Source: Deinococcus radiodurans R1 = ATCC 13939 = DSM 20539
GTDB taxonomy: Bacteria; Deinococcota; Deinococci; Deinococcales; Deinococcaceae
Reading direction: 5' to 3'
Assembly: GCF_000008565.1 (NCBI RefSeq)
Contig: NC_001263.1
Coordinates: forward strand, 2,162,956 to 2,194,955
Length of the DNA stretch: 32,000 nucleotides
Both the position numbers and the translations under genes were made by a program. The notes beneath the pieces are model-generated. The model had not been told where the DNA came from and ran no database searches. It saw only the letters and a program-made list of their open reading frames with translations. Every line of letters starts with the position of its first letter. Positions within the stretch are counted from its first letter, which is position 1. Positions 1 to 10,051 of this stretch are shown one piece after another.

Positions 1-699
1 GAAAAAGGCCAGATTGCCGAAACCGTCCTGCTGCCGGGCGACCCCCTGCGGGCGCGGCACATCGCCGAAACCTTTCTGGAAAACCCCGTGCAGCACAACA
101 CCGTGCGCGGGATGCTGGGCTTTACCGGCACCTACAAGGGCGAGCGCGTCAGCGTGCAGGGCACCGGCATGGGCATTCCGAGCTGCATGATTTATGTCAA
201 CGAACTGATTCAGGACTACGGCTGCAAGAACCTGATTCGTGTGGGCACGGCGGGCAGCTATCAGGAAGGCGTGCACGTGCGCGACCTCGTGCTGGCGCAG
301 GCGGCGTGCACCGACAGCAACATCAACCGCGTCCGCTTCGGCGAGCGCACCTTCGCGCCCATCGCCGACTTCGAGCTGCTGCTGCGGGCGTACCAGATTG
401 CCCAGGAGCGCGGCTTCAGCGCCCACGTCGGCAACATCATGAGCAGCGACACCTTCTACAACGACAACCCGACCGAGTTTCAGCGCTGGGCCGAGTTCGG
501 CGTGCTGGCGGTGGAAATGGAAGCCGCCGGGCTCTACACCCTCGCCGCCAAATACGGCGTGCGGGCGCTGACCATCCTCACCATCAGCGACCACCTCGTG
601 ACCCACGAAGTCACCTCCGCTGAGGAGCGTCAGCTCACCTTCAACGGCATGATTGAAGTCGCGCTCGACGCGGCGCTCGGGCTGGAAAAGAAAGCTTAG
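1..699 (+). CDS. deoD: purine nucleoside phosphorylase, DeoD type (5' end cut by window edge)
   Basis: Frame 1 is open from base 1 ([29 protein letters not shown] precedes the first listed Met at 88) to TAG 697-699. The translation carries PNP/UDP-phosphorylase family strings [15 protein letters not shown] and VEMEAAGLY. Confidence 0.9.
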   Translation, partial: EKGQIAETVLLPGDPLRARHIAETFLENPVQHNTVRGMLGFTGTYKGERVSVQGTGMGIPSCMIYVNELIQDYGCKNLIRVGTAGSYQEGVHVRDLVLAQAACTDSNINRVRFGERTFAPIADFELLLRAYQIAQERGFSAHVGNIMSSDTFYNDNPTEFQRWAEFGVLAVEMEAAGLYTLAAKYGVRALTILTISDHLVTHEVTSAEERQLTFNGMIEVALDAALGLEKKA

Positions 700-820
700 A
701 GCGTTTGATGGGATGAGGGATTCGTCAGGGTTGGTCTGGACGCCCCCTCACCCCTTGCTTCGCAAGGCCCTCTCCCACGAGGGTAGAGGGTCGACAGCAC
801 GAAATATTTTTCGTTAAATG
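697..820. repeat. Repeat family R1, copy A (degenerate ends); MITE-like small noncoding repeat
   Basis: Core CCCTCACCCCTTGCTTCGCAAGGCCCTCTCCCACGAGGGTAGAGGGTCGACAGC aligns with the copies at 1302, 2766 and 22261. The left end TAGAGCGTTTGAT matches TAGAGCATTTGAC of copy D and includes the deoD stop codon. Confidence 0.6.
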
Positions 821-831
821 TTCCAAGTTCT

Positions 832-860
832 CCTCCCCCCGCTGTGGGGGAGGTTTTTTT
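832..860 (+). terminator. rho-independent terminator downstream of deoD
   Basis: Stem CCTCCCCC (832-839) pairs with GGGGGAGG (846-853) around a 6-nt loop, followed by a T7 run (854-860). Confidence 0.7.
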
Positions 861-920
861 GACTCCCGCCTGACGCATCCCCTCAGCCAGTTCACTCACG
901 GGCACGCTAGAACGCGCCGC

Positions 921-1271
921 ATGAAGCGAGTTTTTGCCCTTTTCCTGACCCTCGGCCTCGGCAGTTCGGCCCTGGCCTGTACGCCCGCACAGTCGGCGCA
1001 AAATGTCCGCGCGGCGGCCCAGGCGACGGTCAGCCAGCGAATGAACACAGCGGCCCTCGTCTACGGCTTCATGTACAGCAACGTGCGCCACGACGTACAC
1101 ATCGGCACGCCGACCATCCGGGGTCAGACCGCCACCGTGCGCGGCACCCTGAACATCCGGGCCACCGAGCGCGCCAGCGGTAAGGCGGTGCAAGGGAGCT
1201 ATCCCGGCACGGTCACGCTGAACAAAGTCGGGACGTGCGGCTGGCGGGTGACGGGGTACAAGCAGGACTGA
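921..1271 (+). CDS. small hypothetical lipoprotein/secreted protein
   Basis: ATG start. The N-terminus MKRVFALFLTLGLGSSALAC looks like a lipoprotein-type signal peptide ending in Cys. GC3-rich coding pattern. No family recognised. Confidence 0.55.
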   Translation: MKRVFALFLTLGLGSSALACTPAQSAQNVRAAAQATVSQRMNTAALVYGFMYSNVRHDVHIGTPTIRGQTATVRGTLNIRATERASGKAVQGSYPGTVTLNKVGTCGWRVTGYKQD

Positions 1272-1301
1272 GGGGGGGTATGGGAGGCTCAAGGTCTCAA
1301 G

Positions 1302-1397
1302 CATTTGACAGAAAAAACACCCTCACCCCTCGCTGCGCGAGGCCCTCTCCCATCAAGGTAGAGGGTCAAAAAAAGCAGGACATTCTTGTGTCAAATG
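1302..1397. repeat. Repeat family R1, copy B (complete)
   Basis: Perfect 9-bp terminal inverted repeats CATTTGACA (1302-1310) and TGTCAAATG (1389-1397). The core CCCTCACCCCT..GGCCCTCTCCC..GGTAGAGGGTCAAA is shared with copies A, C and D. Confidence 0.75.
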
Positions 1398-1455
1398 AAT
1401 GTCGAACCGTCTCATCTCACGTCCAGCAGCGGTTAGACGAGTTGACGGTCAGCGT

Positions 1456-2706
1456 TTAGACCCCCTTCCGCAGTCGGGCAATGAAAAACCCGTCCACCCC
1501 ACCAAGCGGCACTGTCAGCACGCCCGCGCCCGCCGCGACGTGGGGCACGTCCAACTCCGGCACGCTTTCAGGCTGAAATTCGGGGTGCGCGGCGAGAAAG
1601 TCGGCCACCACGCCCGGCCCCTCCTGCTTTGTGACCGAGCAGACCGAATAGACGAGCACGCCACCCGGCGCCACCAGCGCGGCGGCGTTGGGGAGCATCT
1701 GAGCCTGCAACGCCGCCGCCTCGGCCACCGCGTCCGGCGTCAGGCGCAGCTTGATTTCGGGGTGCGAGCGCAGGGTGCCGCTGCCGGTGCAGGGGGCGTC
1801 GAGCAGCACGGCAGGGGCGGGCGGCAGGTCCAGCGGGGTGGTCAGGTCGTGGGTCAGGAACTCGGCGTGCAGACCCAGCCGCTTCAGGTTGGCGCGGGCG
1901 GCGTCGTGTTTGCGGGCGACCACGTCCACGCTCGTGACCTCGGCCCCGCGTGTCGCCAGCATCGCCGCCTTGATGCCCATGCCCCCGGCGAGGTCGAGCA
2001 CCCGCACGCCCGCCACGTCGCCGAGCGCGTCCACGCAGGCGAGGCTGGCAGGGTTGATGGGCTGCGCCTGCCCCTGCATAAAGGCGCGGGTGGCCCGCAG
2101 CGACTGGGCGAGTTCGACCCGCTCGGTGCCCTGAATGCCGGGATGCACGACGTTGCCGTCTTCTTCGAGCATTCGCACGCCAGCGTCCGACAGGCTCAGC
2201 CACAGCGGTTGTGGGGTCAGCAGGTCAGCCAGCACGGCGCTCGCCTGCTCGCCGTAGGCCCCCCGGTACACGTCGGCCAACCACTTGGGCACGTCGGGTA
2301 CGTCGGCTTTTTCCACCCGGCGCAGCACCGCGTTGACCAGTCCGGGCGGGGCGAGCCGGGCGTCGCGGGCGAGGTTGACATATTCGTTGACCACCGCGTG
2401 CAGCGGCGTGTCCAGATGCAGTTTTTCAAACGCCCCGGCGAGCAGCAGCGCCCGCGCCTTGGGGTGGGTCTTGCCGGTCAGCAGAGGAGAAAGGGCCGCA
2501 TCTAGCGAGGGAAAATGCCGCAGCGTGCCGTAGACGATGTGAGTCGCCAGCCCGGCGTCCCGCCCCGGCAGCCGTGCCGACTGGAGAGCACTGTCGAGCG
2601 CCGTCGCCGCGAAGCCCTCGCCCGCCAGCACCCGAATCAGGACGCGCACGGCGACCTCGCGGGCGGGGTTGAAGGGCTGGGGACGGCGGTCAGGGGGGCG
2701 AGTCAT
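1456..2706 (-). CDS. rsmB: 16S rRNA (cytosine-C5)-methyltransferase RsmB/Sun family
   Basis: NusB-like N-terminus ([13 protein letters not shown]) and a SAM m5C methyltransferase C-terminus with DAPCTGSGT and VYSVCS motifs. Start placed at ATG 2704-2706 ([10 protein letters not shown]). The longer track ORF to 2949 would read through repeat copy C. Confidence 0.85.
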   Translation of the reverse strand: MTRPPDRRPQPFNPAREVAVRVLIRVLAGEGFAATALDSALQSARLPGRDAGLATHIVYGTLRHFPSLDAALSPLLTGKTHPKARALLLAGAFEKLHLDTPLHAVVNEYVNLARDARLAPPGLVNAVLRRVEKADVPDVPKWLADVYRGAYGEQASAVLADLLTPQPLWLSLSDAGVRMLEEDGNVVHPGIQGTERVELAQSLRATRAFMQGQAQPINPASLACVDALGDVAGVRVLDLAGGMGIKAAMLATRGAEVTSVDVVARKHDAARANLKRLGLHAEFLTHDLTTPLDLPPAPAVLLDAPCTGSGTLRSHPEIKLRLTPDAVAEAAALQAQMLPNAAALVAPGGVLVYSVCSVTKQEGPGVVADFLAAHPEFQPESVPELDVPHVAAGAGVLTVPLGGVDGFFIARLRKGV

Positions 2707-2765
2707 CGGGGGCAGGATAGCGGGGGAAGGGGAATGGGGTTGGTGTACTGGCTTGGCGTGCGAAA

Positions 2766-2822
2766 GACCCCTCACCCTTCCGCCGCGCTGCGGCTCCTTC
2801 CCTCTCCCCCTGGTAGAGGGCT
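2766..2822. repeat. Repeat family R1, copy C (core only, no recognisable termini)
   Basis: GACCCCTCACCCTTCCGCCGCGCTGCGGCTCCTTCCCTCTCCCCCTGGTAGAGGGC aligns with the cores of copies A, B and D in the same orientation. Confidence 0.55.
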
Positions 2823-2858
2823 TGATTGAGCTTCTGACTTTCTGCCGCCCACCGTCCC

Positions 2859-2890
2859 AAAAAAAACTCCCCCACCCGCAGGCAGGGGAG
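2859..2890 (-). terminator. rho-independent terminator of the MFS gene
   Basis: On the minus strand: CTCCCC stem, 12-nt loop, GGGGAG stem, then a T8 run (plus-strand A8 at 2859-2866). It lies just after the stop at 2909. Confidence 0.6.
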
Positions 2891-2908
2891 GCACGCAACC
2901 GGGCGTCT

Positions 2909-4162
2909 TCAGGCTGCCGGGGTCTGGGGCTGCACCTGGGGGCGCGCAATCAGCATCACCACGAAGAGGACCGCGAGGATGCTGCCGCTGGCGATGTAAG
3001 GCGCGCCGTGGCCGACATGCTGGTACAGGTTGGTGCCGAGCAGCGGCCCGACCATGCGGCCCAGCGCCAGCGCCGAGGAGTTCAGGCCCGCGACGGCGCC
3101 CTGCCCGTCCTTGCCGACGCTCAGGCTCAGGGCGGCGCTCAGGGTGGGGCTCAGAATCGCGCTGCCGACGCCGATCAGGGCGAGCGCGGCGGTGATGGGC
3201 CAGTAGGTCGCCATCTGCGGCAGCAGGAACATCCCGGCGGCCATGATGACCAGGCCGACCAGAATCAGCGGGGTGGGGGGCAGTTTCTTGCTCAGGGGCC
3301 GAATGGCGCCGCCCTGCACGAGGGCCGCCAGAATCCCGAAGATGGCGAGCATCTTGCCGACCGTCTTGGCCGTTTCGCCGGGGTCGAGCTTCATCACGTC
3401 CTGCACGTAAAAGGAGATGGTCTGCTCCATGCCCACGCTCGCCAGAGTGGTCAGGGCGCTGGCGGCCAGGAACAGCGGAATGCCTCCCCGACTCAGCAGA
3501 CTGCGGCGGTCTACGGTCGCCGTGCGCGTCTGACCGGGATGACGGGTTTCCGGCACCATGAAGTACGCCAGCGCCGCCGTGAACAGGCCCAGGCCCGCGC
3601 TGAAGTACACCGGAGCCACCAGGCTGATGCCGCTGAGCAGGCCGCCGATGGCCGGGCCGAACACCACACCGAGGCCGAACGCCGCGCCGATGAGGCCCAT
3701 GCTCGCGGCGCGGTCGTCTTCACTGCTGATGTCGGCCATCATCGCCTGCGCGGTGGGCAGGGTGGCGCTGGAGAAAATGCCGCCGATGATGCGGGTGCCG
3801 ACCAGCAGGGCAAACAGCGTGCCGAGGGCCAGACCGCCGTTCATGCCCAGCTGAGCAAACAGGCCGAACAGCCCGAAGCTCACCGAGAAGCCGACGAGGC
3901 CCATCAGCAGGGTGGGACGGCGGCCGTGATGCTCGCTGCGGTTGCCCCAGATGGGGCTGAAGATGAACTGCATCAACGAGTAAGAGGTGGAAAACCAGCC
4001 GATTTGCGCCGGGGTCAGCCCCAGTTGCCGGCCCAGCGGCCCGATGATGGGAAACAGCACGCTCAGGCCCAGCATGGCGATGAAAATGGTCAAAAACAGG
4101 ATGATTTTGGTGCGCCCTTTGGTGCTGGCATCCGGCTCTGGAGCAGGAGAAGTCGCGGTCAT
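2909..4162 (-). CDS. MFS transporter (drug:H+ antiporter / tetracycline-efflux-like)
   Basis: About 12 hydrophobic segments and an MFS motif-A-like [14 protein letters not shown] between TM2 and TM3. Start chosen at ATG 4160-4162 ([10 protein letters not shown]). Confidence 0.85.
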   Translation of the reverse strand: MTATSPAPEPDASTKGRTKIILFLTIFIAMLGLSVLFPIIGPLGRQLGLTPAQIGWFSTSYSLMQFIFSPIWGNRSEHHGRRPTLLMGLVGFSVSFGLFGLFAQLGMNGGLALGTLFALLVGTRIIGGIFSSATLPTAQAMMADISSEDDRAASMGLIGAAFGLGVVFGPAIGGLLSGISLVAPVYFSAGLGLFTAALAYFMVPETRHPGQTRTATVDRRSLLSRGGIPLFLAASALTTLASVGMEQTISFYVQDVMKLDPGETAKTVGKMLAIFGILAALVQGGAIRPLSKKLPPTPLILVGLVIMAAGMFLLPQMATYWPITAALALIGVGSAILSPTLSAALSLSVGKDGQGAVAGLNSSALALGRMVGPLLGTNLYQHVGHGAPYIASGSILAVLFVVMLIARPQVQPQTPAA

Positions 4163-4176
4163 GCCAAAAGTATACA

Positions 4177-4206
4177 CCTCCAACTTACCGCTCGGTAAGT
4201 TAGAGG
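4177..4206. promoter_or_regulatory. 30-bp near-perfect palindrome upstream of the MFS gene (candidate operator)
   Basis: CCTCCAACTTACCG (4177-4190), CT, CGGTAAGTTAGAGG (4193-4206). The arms are 14 bp with one mismatch, and the palindrome lies 15-44 nt upstream of the ATG at 4162. Confidence 0.4.
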
Positions 4207-4302
4207 TTTTCATAAGGAGGGAGGGCCCCACCATCGGCGGCGCAGGTCAAAGGGAAATGAAATCTGCCGCCAGAGGTTAGAGATGGTAAGCGATTTGGGA
4301 GC

Positions 4303-4776
4303 CTACTCGTCGTGCGGCGGCGGGGCGTCCGGGTCGCAGTAGTCCAGGGCCGCCGCCTGAAAATCGCCGGTGACGACTTCGCGTTTGAAGGGGTAGCCGA
4401 CGCGGGTGCCTTCGGGCGCGCACTCGATGGTGAAGCTCTGCCCGGCACGAATGGCGGTGTCGCCCACGACGATGGGCCGCACCGCCTCGTAGATGGCGGC
4501 GTAGGGGGCGCAGAAGTAGTAGCCGACGAGTCGGCCTCCCGGCCCCCGGGCGTAGCGCACGTCGCCGCGCCGCTCGGCGGCCTGAATGTCGGCCCACCAG
4601 CGGAGACTGACGGCAGGCTGCGGGTCGAGCGCCCACATGTCCCGAATGACCTTCACCACGCCGGGGTCGCGCTTGAGGGCGGCGACATTGTTGGGGTCGG
4701 TCATCAGCCAGGGGTCGAAGCCGAGTTGACCGGGCAGCGCGAATGAGCCCAGGCCAGTCGGGGCGCTCGCAGGCAC
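4303..4776 (-). CDS. hypothetical protein (start uncertain: GTG 4776 or ATG 4704)
   Basis: GC3-rich ORF with a protein-like translation and no recognised family. It is in the same frame as the upstream ORF 4807-5520. Confidence 0.5.
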   Translation of the reverse strand: MPASAPTGLGSFALPGQLGFDPWLMTDPNNVAALKRDPGVVKVIRDMWALDPQPAVSLRWWADIQAAERRGDVRYARGPGGRLVGYYFCAPYAAIYEAVRPIVVGDTAIRAGQSFTIECAPEGTRVGYPFKREVVTGDFQAAALDYCDPDAPPPHDE

Positions 4777-4806
4777 CTGGGCCCCGCCCGTGAGCAGCAG
4801 GTCGGG

Positions 4807-5520
4807 TTAGCTGAGGTACTGCCCCACCCGGTAGAGGTCCTCGGTGGCCTGCTTGGCGAGGGTTTCCACCTGCTCGTGCAGCGCCTGCGACGCGCCGGGC
4901 ACGTACATGTTGCAGGCGTAGTCGGCGGCCCCGACTGCCTGCGCGAAGTGCCCGCGCAGTTGCCCCAGCTTGAGCGCATCGGCCTCGGGGGTGCTTTTTT
5001 CCAGTTCGAGCATCGCCGCTTCCAGGTGCAGCCGCATGGCGCCGAGCGCGGCCATCATCGCGTCGAGGTGGGCGCGGGGGCACGGCTCCACTGGCGACCA
5101 GTCGGGCAGCGGGGCCGGGAGGGTGCCGCGCGGGAGAGAAAAGCCGGGGTCGTGCTCGGCGCGGTTGGCGTAGGCGAGCCAGCGCTGCACCTCGGCGTAG
5201 TAGGCGTGCACCTGTGTAAAAGTCACCGGCGGCACGAAGCCCACGCTGTCGGGGTCGCCCGCCTCGTCGGCCTGCAACATCTCGTCGCCCAGGGTTTGCA
5301 GGGCGAAGGCATTCCAGGTGCAGGCGAGTTCGGTGCCCACCCCCGCCGAGAGGGCAAAGGGGCTTTTTCCCCCAGCGGCCAGCCCGAAGCGGCGGCGTTC
5401 GGCGGCGTCGAGCTGGGCGTGGACGCCCGCCCCAGCGCGTTTGTAGGCGTAGAGTGTCTCGGCGTCCTGTTCCCCACGGGTAAAGGCCTTGACCCGCGCC
5501 CAGATTCCTGGTCTGTCCAT
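4807..5520 (-). CDS. hypothetical protein
   Basis: ATG start at 5518-5520 and a 237-aa GC3-rich ORF. No recognised family. Confidence 0.6.
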   Translation of the reverse strand: MDRPGIWARVKAFTRGEQDAETLYAYKRAGAGVHAQLDAAERRRFGLAAGGKSPFALSAGVGTELACTWNAFALQTLGDEMLQADEAGDPDSVGFVPPVTFTQVHAYYAEVQRWLAYANRAEHDPGFSLPRGTLPAPLPDWSPVEPCPRAHLDAMMAALGAMRLHLEAAMLELEKSTPEADALKLGQLRGHFAQAVGAADYACNMYVPGASQALHEQVETLAKQATEDLYRVGQYLS

Positions 5521-5598
5521 GGTGCGGGGTACGCCGCTGGGCTGCGGAGCGTTCCCAGGGGCACTCGCCGGAGGTCAGGGGCCGCTAAGCTGCTGCCC

Positions 5599-6018
5599 AT
5601 GCGCTTTGCCCTTCCGCTGCTGCTGGTTGCCGCTCTCCTGCTCGCGGTGGGAATCTGGTTCGCCCGCGAGTCGCGCTGGCAGCGGCCCCTGTACTGTTTT
5701 GCGGTGCCCGGTCAGGTCTGGGGCGTGGCCCCGCAGCCTGCCGCAGCGCAGCCCACTTGTCCCGATTCCAACACGGTTCGCAGCGAGGTCAGGCGCGGTG
5801 ACACACGTATCGAGCAGTTCACGCTGCCCGCCGGCGAAACGGAAACGCTGCTGCGGCTGATGCAGAGCGCCGGCTACGCGGTGGTCAGCCGCAAGCCCGA
5901 CGACGGCATTCAACTCGAAGCCATCCTCAGAAAGGGCGACGACCAGGTGATGTACTTCGCCGAGCACCACCCCCAGAGCACCTTCGTGACGCTGACGGGG
6001 TTCGGGCACACGGACTGA
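5599..6018 (+). CDS. hypothetical membrane-anchored/secreted protein
   Basis: Internal ATG 5599 of the long track ORF 4876-6018. MRFALPLLLVAALLLAVGIWFA is a signal peptide or TM anchor. The upstream part of that track ORF is antisense to 4807-5520. Confidence 0.5.
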   Translation: MRFALPLLLVAALLLAVGIWFARESRWQRPLYCFAVPGQVWGVAPQPAAAQPTCPDSNTVRSEVRRGDTRIEQFTLPAGETETLLRLMQSAGYAVVSRKPDDGIQLEAILRKGDDQVMYFAEHHPQSTFVTLTGFGHTD

Positions 6019-6021
6019 GGC

Positions 6022-7071
6022 TCAGGTACAGTCCCAGTTGTAGGCCACCCGGGAGAAGTCCCACCGGGCGAGGTCGTCCGGGTCAATAAAGAAGTTGGCG
6101 ATGCCTACGTCGCCCCACGTGATTTTTCCGGCCTCCGAATCCAGTTGGAACAGCAGAATCCGGGGGTCGTCAGCGGTGCGGGGGTCCTCCTGCGTGAAAG
6201 AGGGATAGCCGCCCACCTGATGCCCATAAGTGGCAAGCTCGTCGTATTTTTCCTGCCGCCACTCGCCCAGGGCCCTGCCCTCCGGCCCCTCGGAATTGTC
6301 GCAGAGGTCAAGTCCGATGGCCTGCTCAAAATGGCAATCACACCAGGACATTGGCTGCTCAACCTGCTGACCACGCAGACCAAAGCCCCGCAGCGTTTCT
6401 AGCGGTGAGAAGCCGTCATCATCAAAATCAGGCGTTTCTACGTCCAGCTGCGACAGGTCCATCTGTGGCTCGGGACTCCAGCGCACTTCAAAACTGGCAG
6501 GATTGCCCTCCTCAGGCCGCATGAAATCGCAACCGTAGAGGTCGTCGCGCCCGATGAAAAATTGCAGAATGCCGTTTTCCGGGTAGCCTTCCAGCGGCGG
6601 CAGGTCCGCAAAATTGAGCTGCGCGAGGAAAGTCAGGGGCCTGCCCTCCGTGTCCGTGGGCCACGCCTCGCCCTGCACCCGGTAAGGCACGCCGCCCACC
6701 TTGCTGCCCAGTGGCCCCGGTTCCTCCTCCAGCACTTCCAGCAACAGCACTGGCCGCAGCGTGGCTTCGATGCGCTCGCGGTAGGGCTCGAACTTCCTGG
6801 GCAGTTTGAGGCGTGGCTGCTCCACGGCTTTTTTCTCGGTCTGTCCCCTTACCGCGTCGCCGTATCCTTTCTTGCGCTTCTCCACCAGTTTCTTCTCAGC
6901 TTCCGCCTGCGCTCCGGCAGAGTCGGCAAACGACTTTCGCTGTGTCTGTCCCTCGGTGCCGATGCGCCCATAGCGGATGGTCAGCTCGGCTCCCTCCACC
7001 GTCACCTCATAGAACTTGTGCTCACGTTCCGCGCTGAGTTCAAGGTAGACACAGTGTGATTCGGGTTTCAT
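6022..7071 (-). CDS. WGR domain - DUF1963 (YwqG-like) fusion protein
   Basis: The N-terminus (HKFYEVTVEGAELTIRYGRIGTEGQTQRKSF ... EKRKKGY) fits the WGR pattern. The C-terminal ~250 aa (GGVPY, LTFLAQLNF, GILQFF, HQVGGYP, LLFQLDSE, WGDVGIANFFI) fits the YwqG/DUF1963 pattern. Many A/T-ending codons. Confidence 0.75.
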   Translation of the reverse strand: MKPESHCVYLELSAEREHKFYEVTVEGAELTIRYGRIGTEGQTQRKSFADSAGAQAEAEKKLVEKRKKGYGDAVRGQTEKKAVEQPRLKLPRKFEPYRERIEATLRPVLLLEVLEEEPGPLGSKVGGVPYRVQGEAWPTDTEGRPLTFLAQLNFADLPPLEGYPENGILQFFIGRDDLYGCDFMRPEEGNPASFEVRWSPEPQMDLSQLDVETPDFDDDGFSPLETLRGFGLRGQQVEQPMSWCDCHFEQAIGLDLCDNSEGPEGRALGEWRQEKYDELATYGHQVGGYPSFTQEDPRTADDPRILLFQLDSEAGKITWGDVGIANFFIDPDDLARWDFSRVAYNWDCT

Positions 7072-7137
7072 ATGTCATGAGCATAACACGGAGCAAAAGT
7101 TAGCCTCCCGGCTCTCCACAATCCTGCCCTCATCCGC

Positions 7138-7246
7138 TACACTCTCAGGCATGATCCGCTCTGCGCTTACCCACCGGGGACGTTTCGCCTAGCCAAAAGC
7201 TCGTGCGAAAGGTCCCCGGTTGCGTTTGCGCCGGGGCGATTTTTTT
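7138..7246 (+). promoter_or_regulatory. leuS leader: candidate -10, long hairpin and overlapping terminator hairpin with T-run
   Basis: TACACT at 7138-7143, with TCCACA 17 nt upstream. Hairpin 7174-7188/7205-7219 has 14 of 15 pairs. An alternative hairpin CCCCGG 7214-7219 / CCGGGG 7231-7236 is followed by T7 at 7240-7246. Confidence 0.4.
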
Positions 7247-7355
7247 GTTGATGGTTGAGAGACCAGCGCCAGCAAAAGCCACAGCCACAGCTCTTGTTCC
7301 ATCACCCATCAGCGAAGCGGAACCCTCCCCCATCAACCTACAAAGGAGCCACCTC

Positions 7356-9823
<2,468 letters not shown>

Positions 9824-9827
<4 letters not shown>

Positions 9828-9960
9828 GACGGACTGCGATTGAGTCCCCCAGTTTGGGGACTTAATCCGAGCGGAGTGAGTAGCAGCCCAGACGGATATT
9901 GGGAAATGGACCCGCAGCCGGTGCCGTTCCGGATGTGGGGGAATTGGACGAAATCCGCAA
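9824..9960. repeat. Repeat family R2, copy E (hairpin module plus second module)
   Basis: GTAAGACGGACTGCGATTGAGTCCCC...GGGGACTTAATCCGAGCGGAGTGAGTAGCAGCCCAGACG aligns with 14098-14170. The distal part (ATGGACCCGCAGCCGGTGCCGTTCCGGATGTGGGGGAATTGGACGAAATCCG) aligns with 28393-28445. The leuS TAA lies inside the aligned block. Confidence 0.6.
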
Positions 9961-10051
9961 AAGAATTCAAGCAGCGGGGGCCCCCACTTCCTAAGAGCGG
10001 GGAGCCTCCTCTTTTCATCTAGCCGTGGGGTGATGCTTTCAGACTGCGGCC

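Noticed and set aside
192-205. Radiation/desiccation response motif-like half site (TTATGTCAACGAAC) and other RDRM-type palindromes
   Set aside because: It is only a half-site, located inside the deoD coding region. I saw no full TTATGT...ACATAA-type palindrome in any intergenic region of the window.
2707-2949. N-terminal extension of rsmB to the track start at 2949
   Set aside because: The extension would translate repeat copy C and the MFS terminator region. The RsmB-like similarity begins after the ATG at 2706.
7155-7164. 10-mer TCCGCTCTGC shared by the leuS leader (7155-7164) and the CorC-type leader (10773-10782), both just downstream of putative -10 boxes
   Set aside because: It is a single short match at different offsets from the -10 elements. 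It could be chance in 32 kb of biased composition, so it is not enough to propose a common motif.
7072-7355. T-box riboswitch upstream of leuS
   Set aside because: I could not find the conserved T-box sequence (GGGTGGTACCGCG-like) or a Stem I/specifier-loop architecture. The segment between the putative start and the terminator, about 95 nt, is too short for a T-box.
7203-7355. N-terminal extension of leuS from 7203
   Set aside because: The extension covers the terminator hairpin and T-run. The conserved LeuRS N-terminus begins just after ATG 7356, which has a good SD (AAAGGAG).
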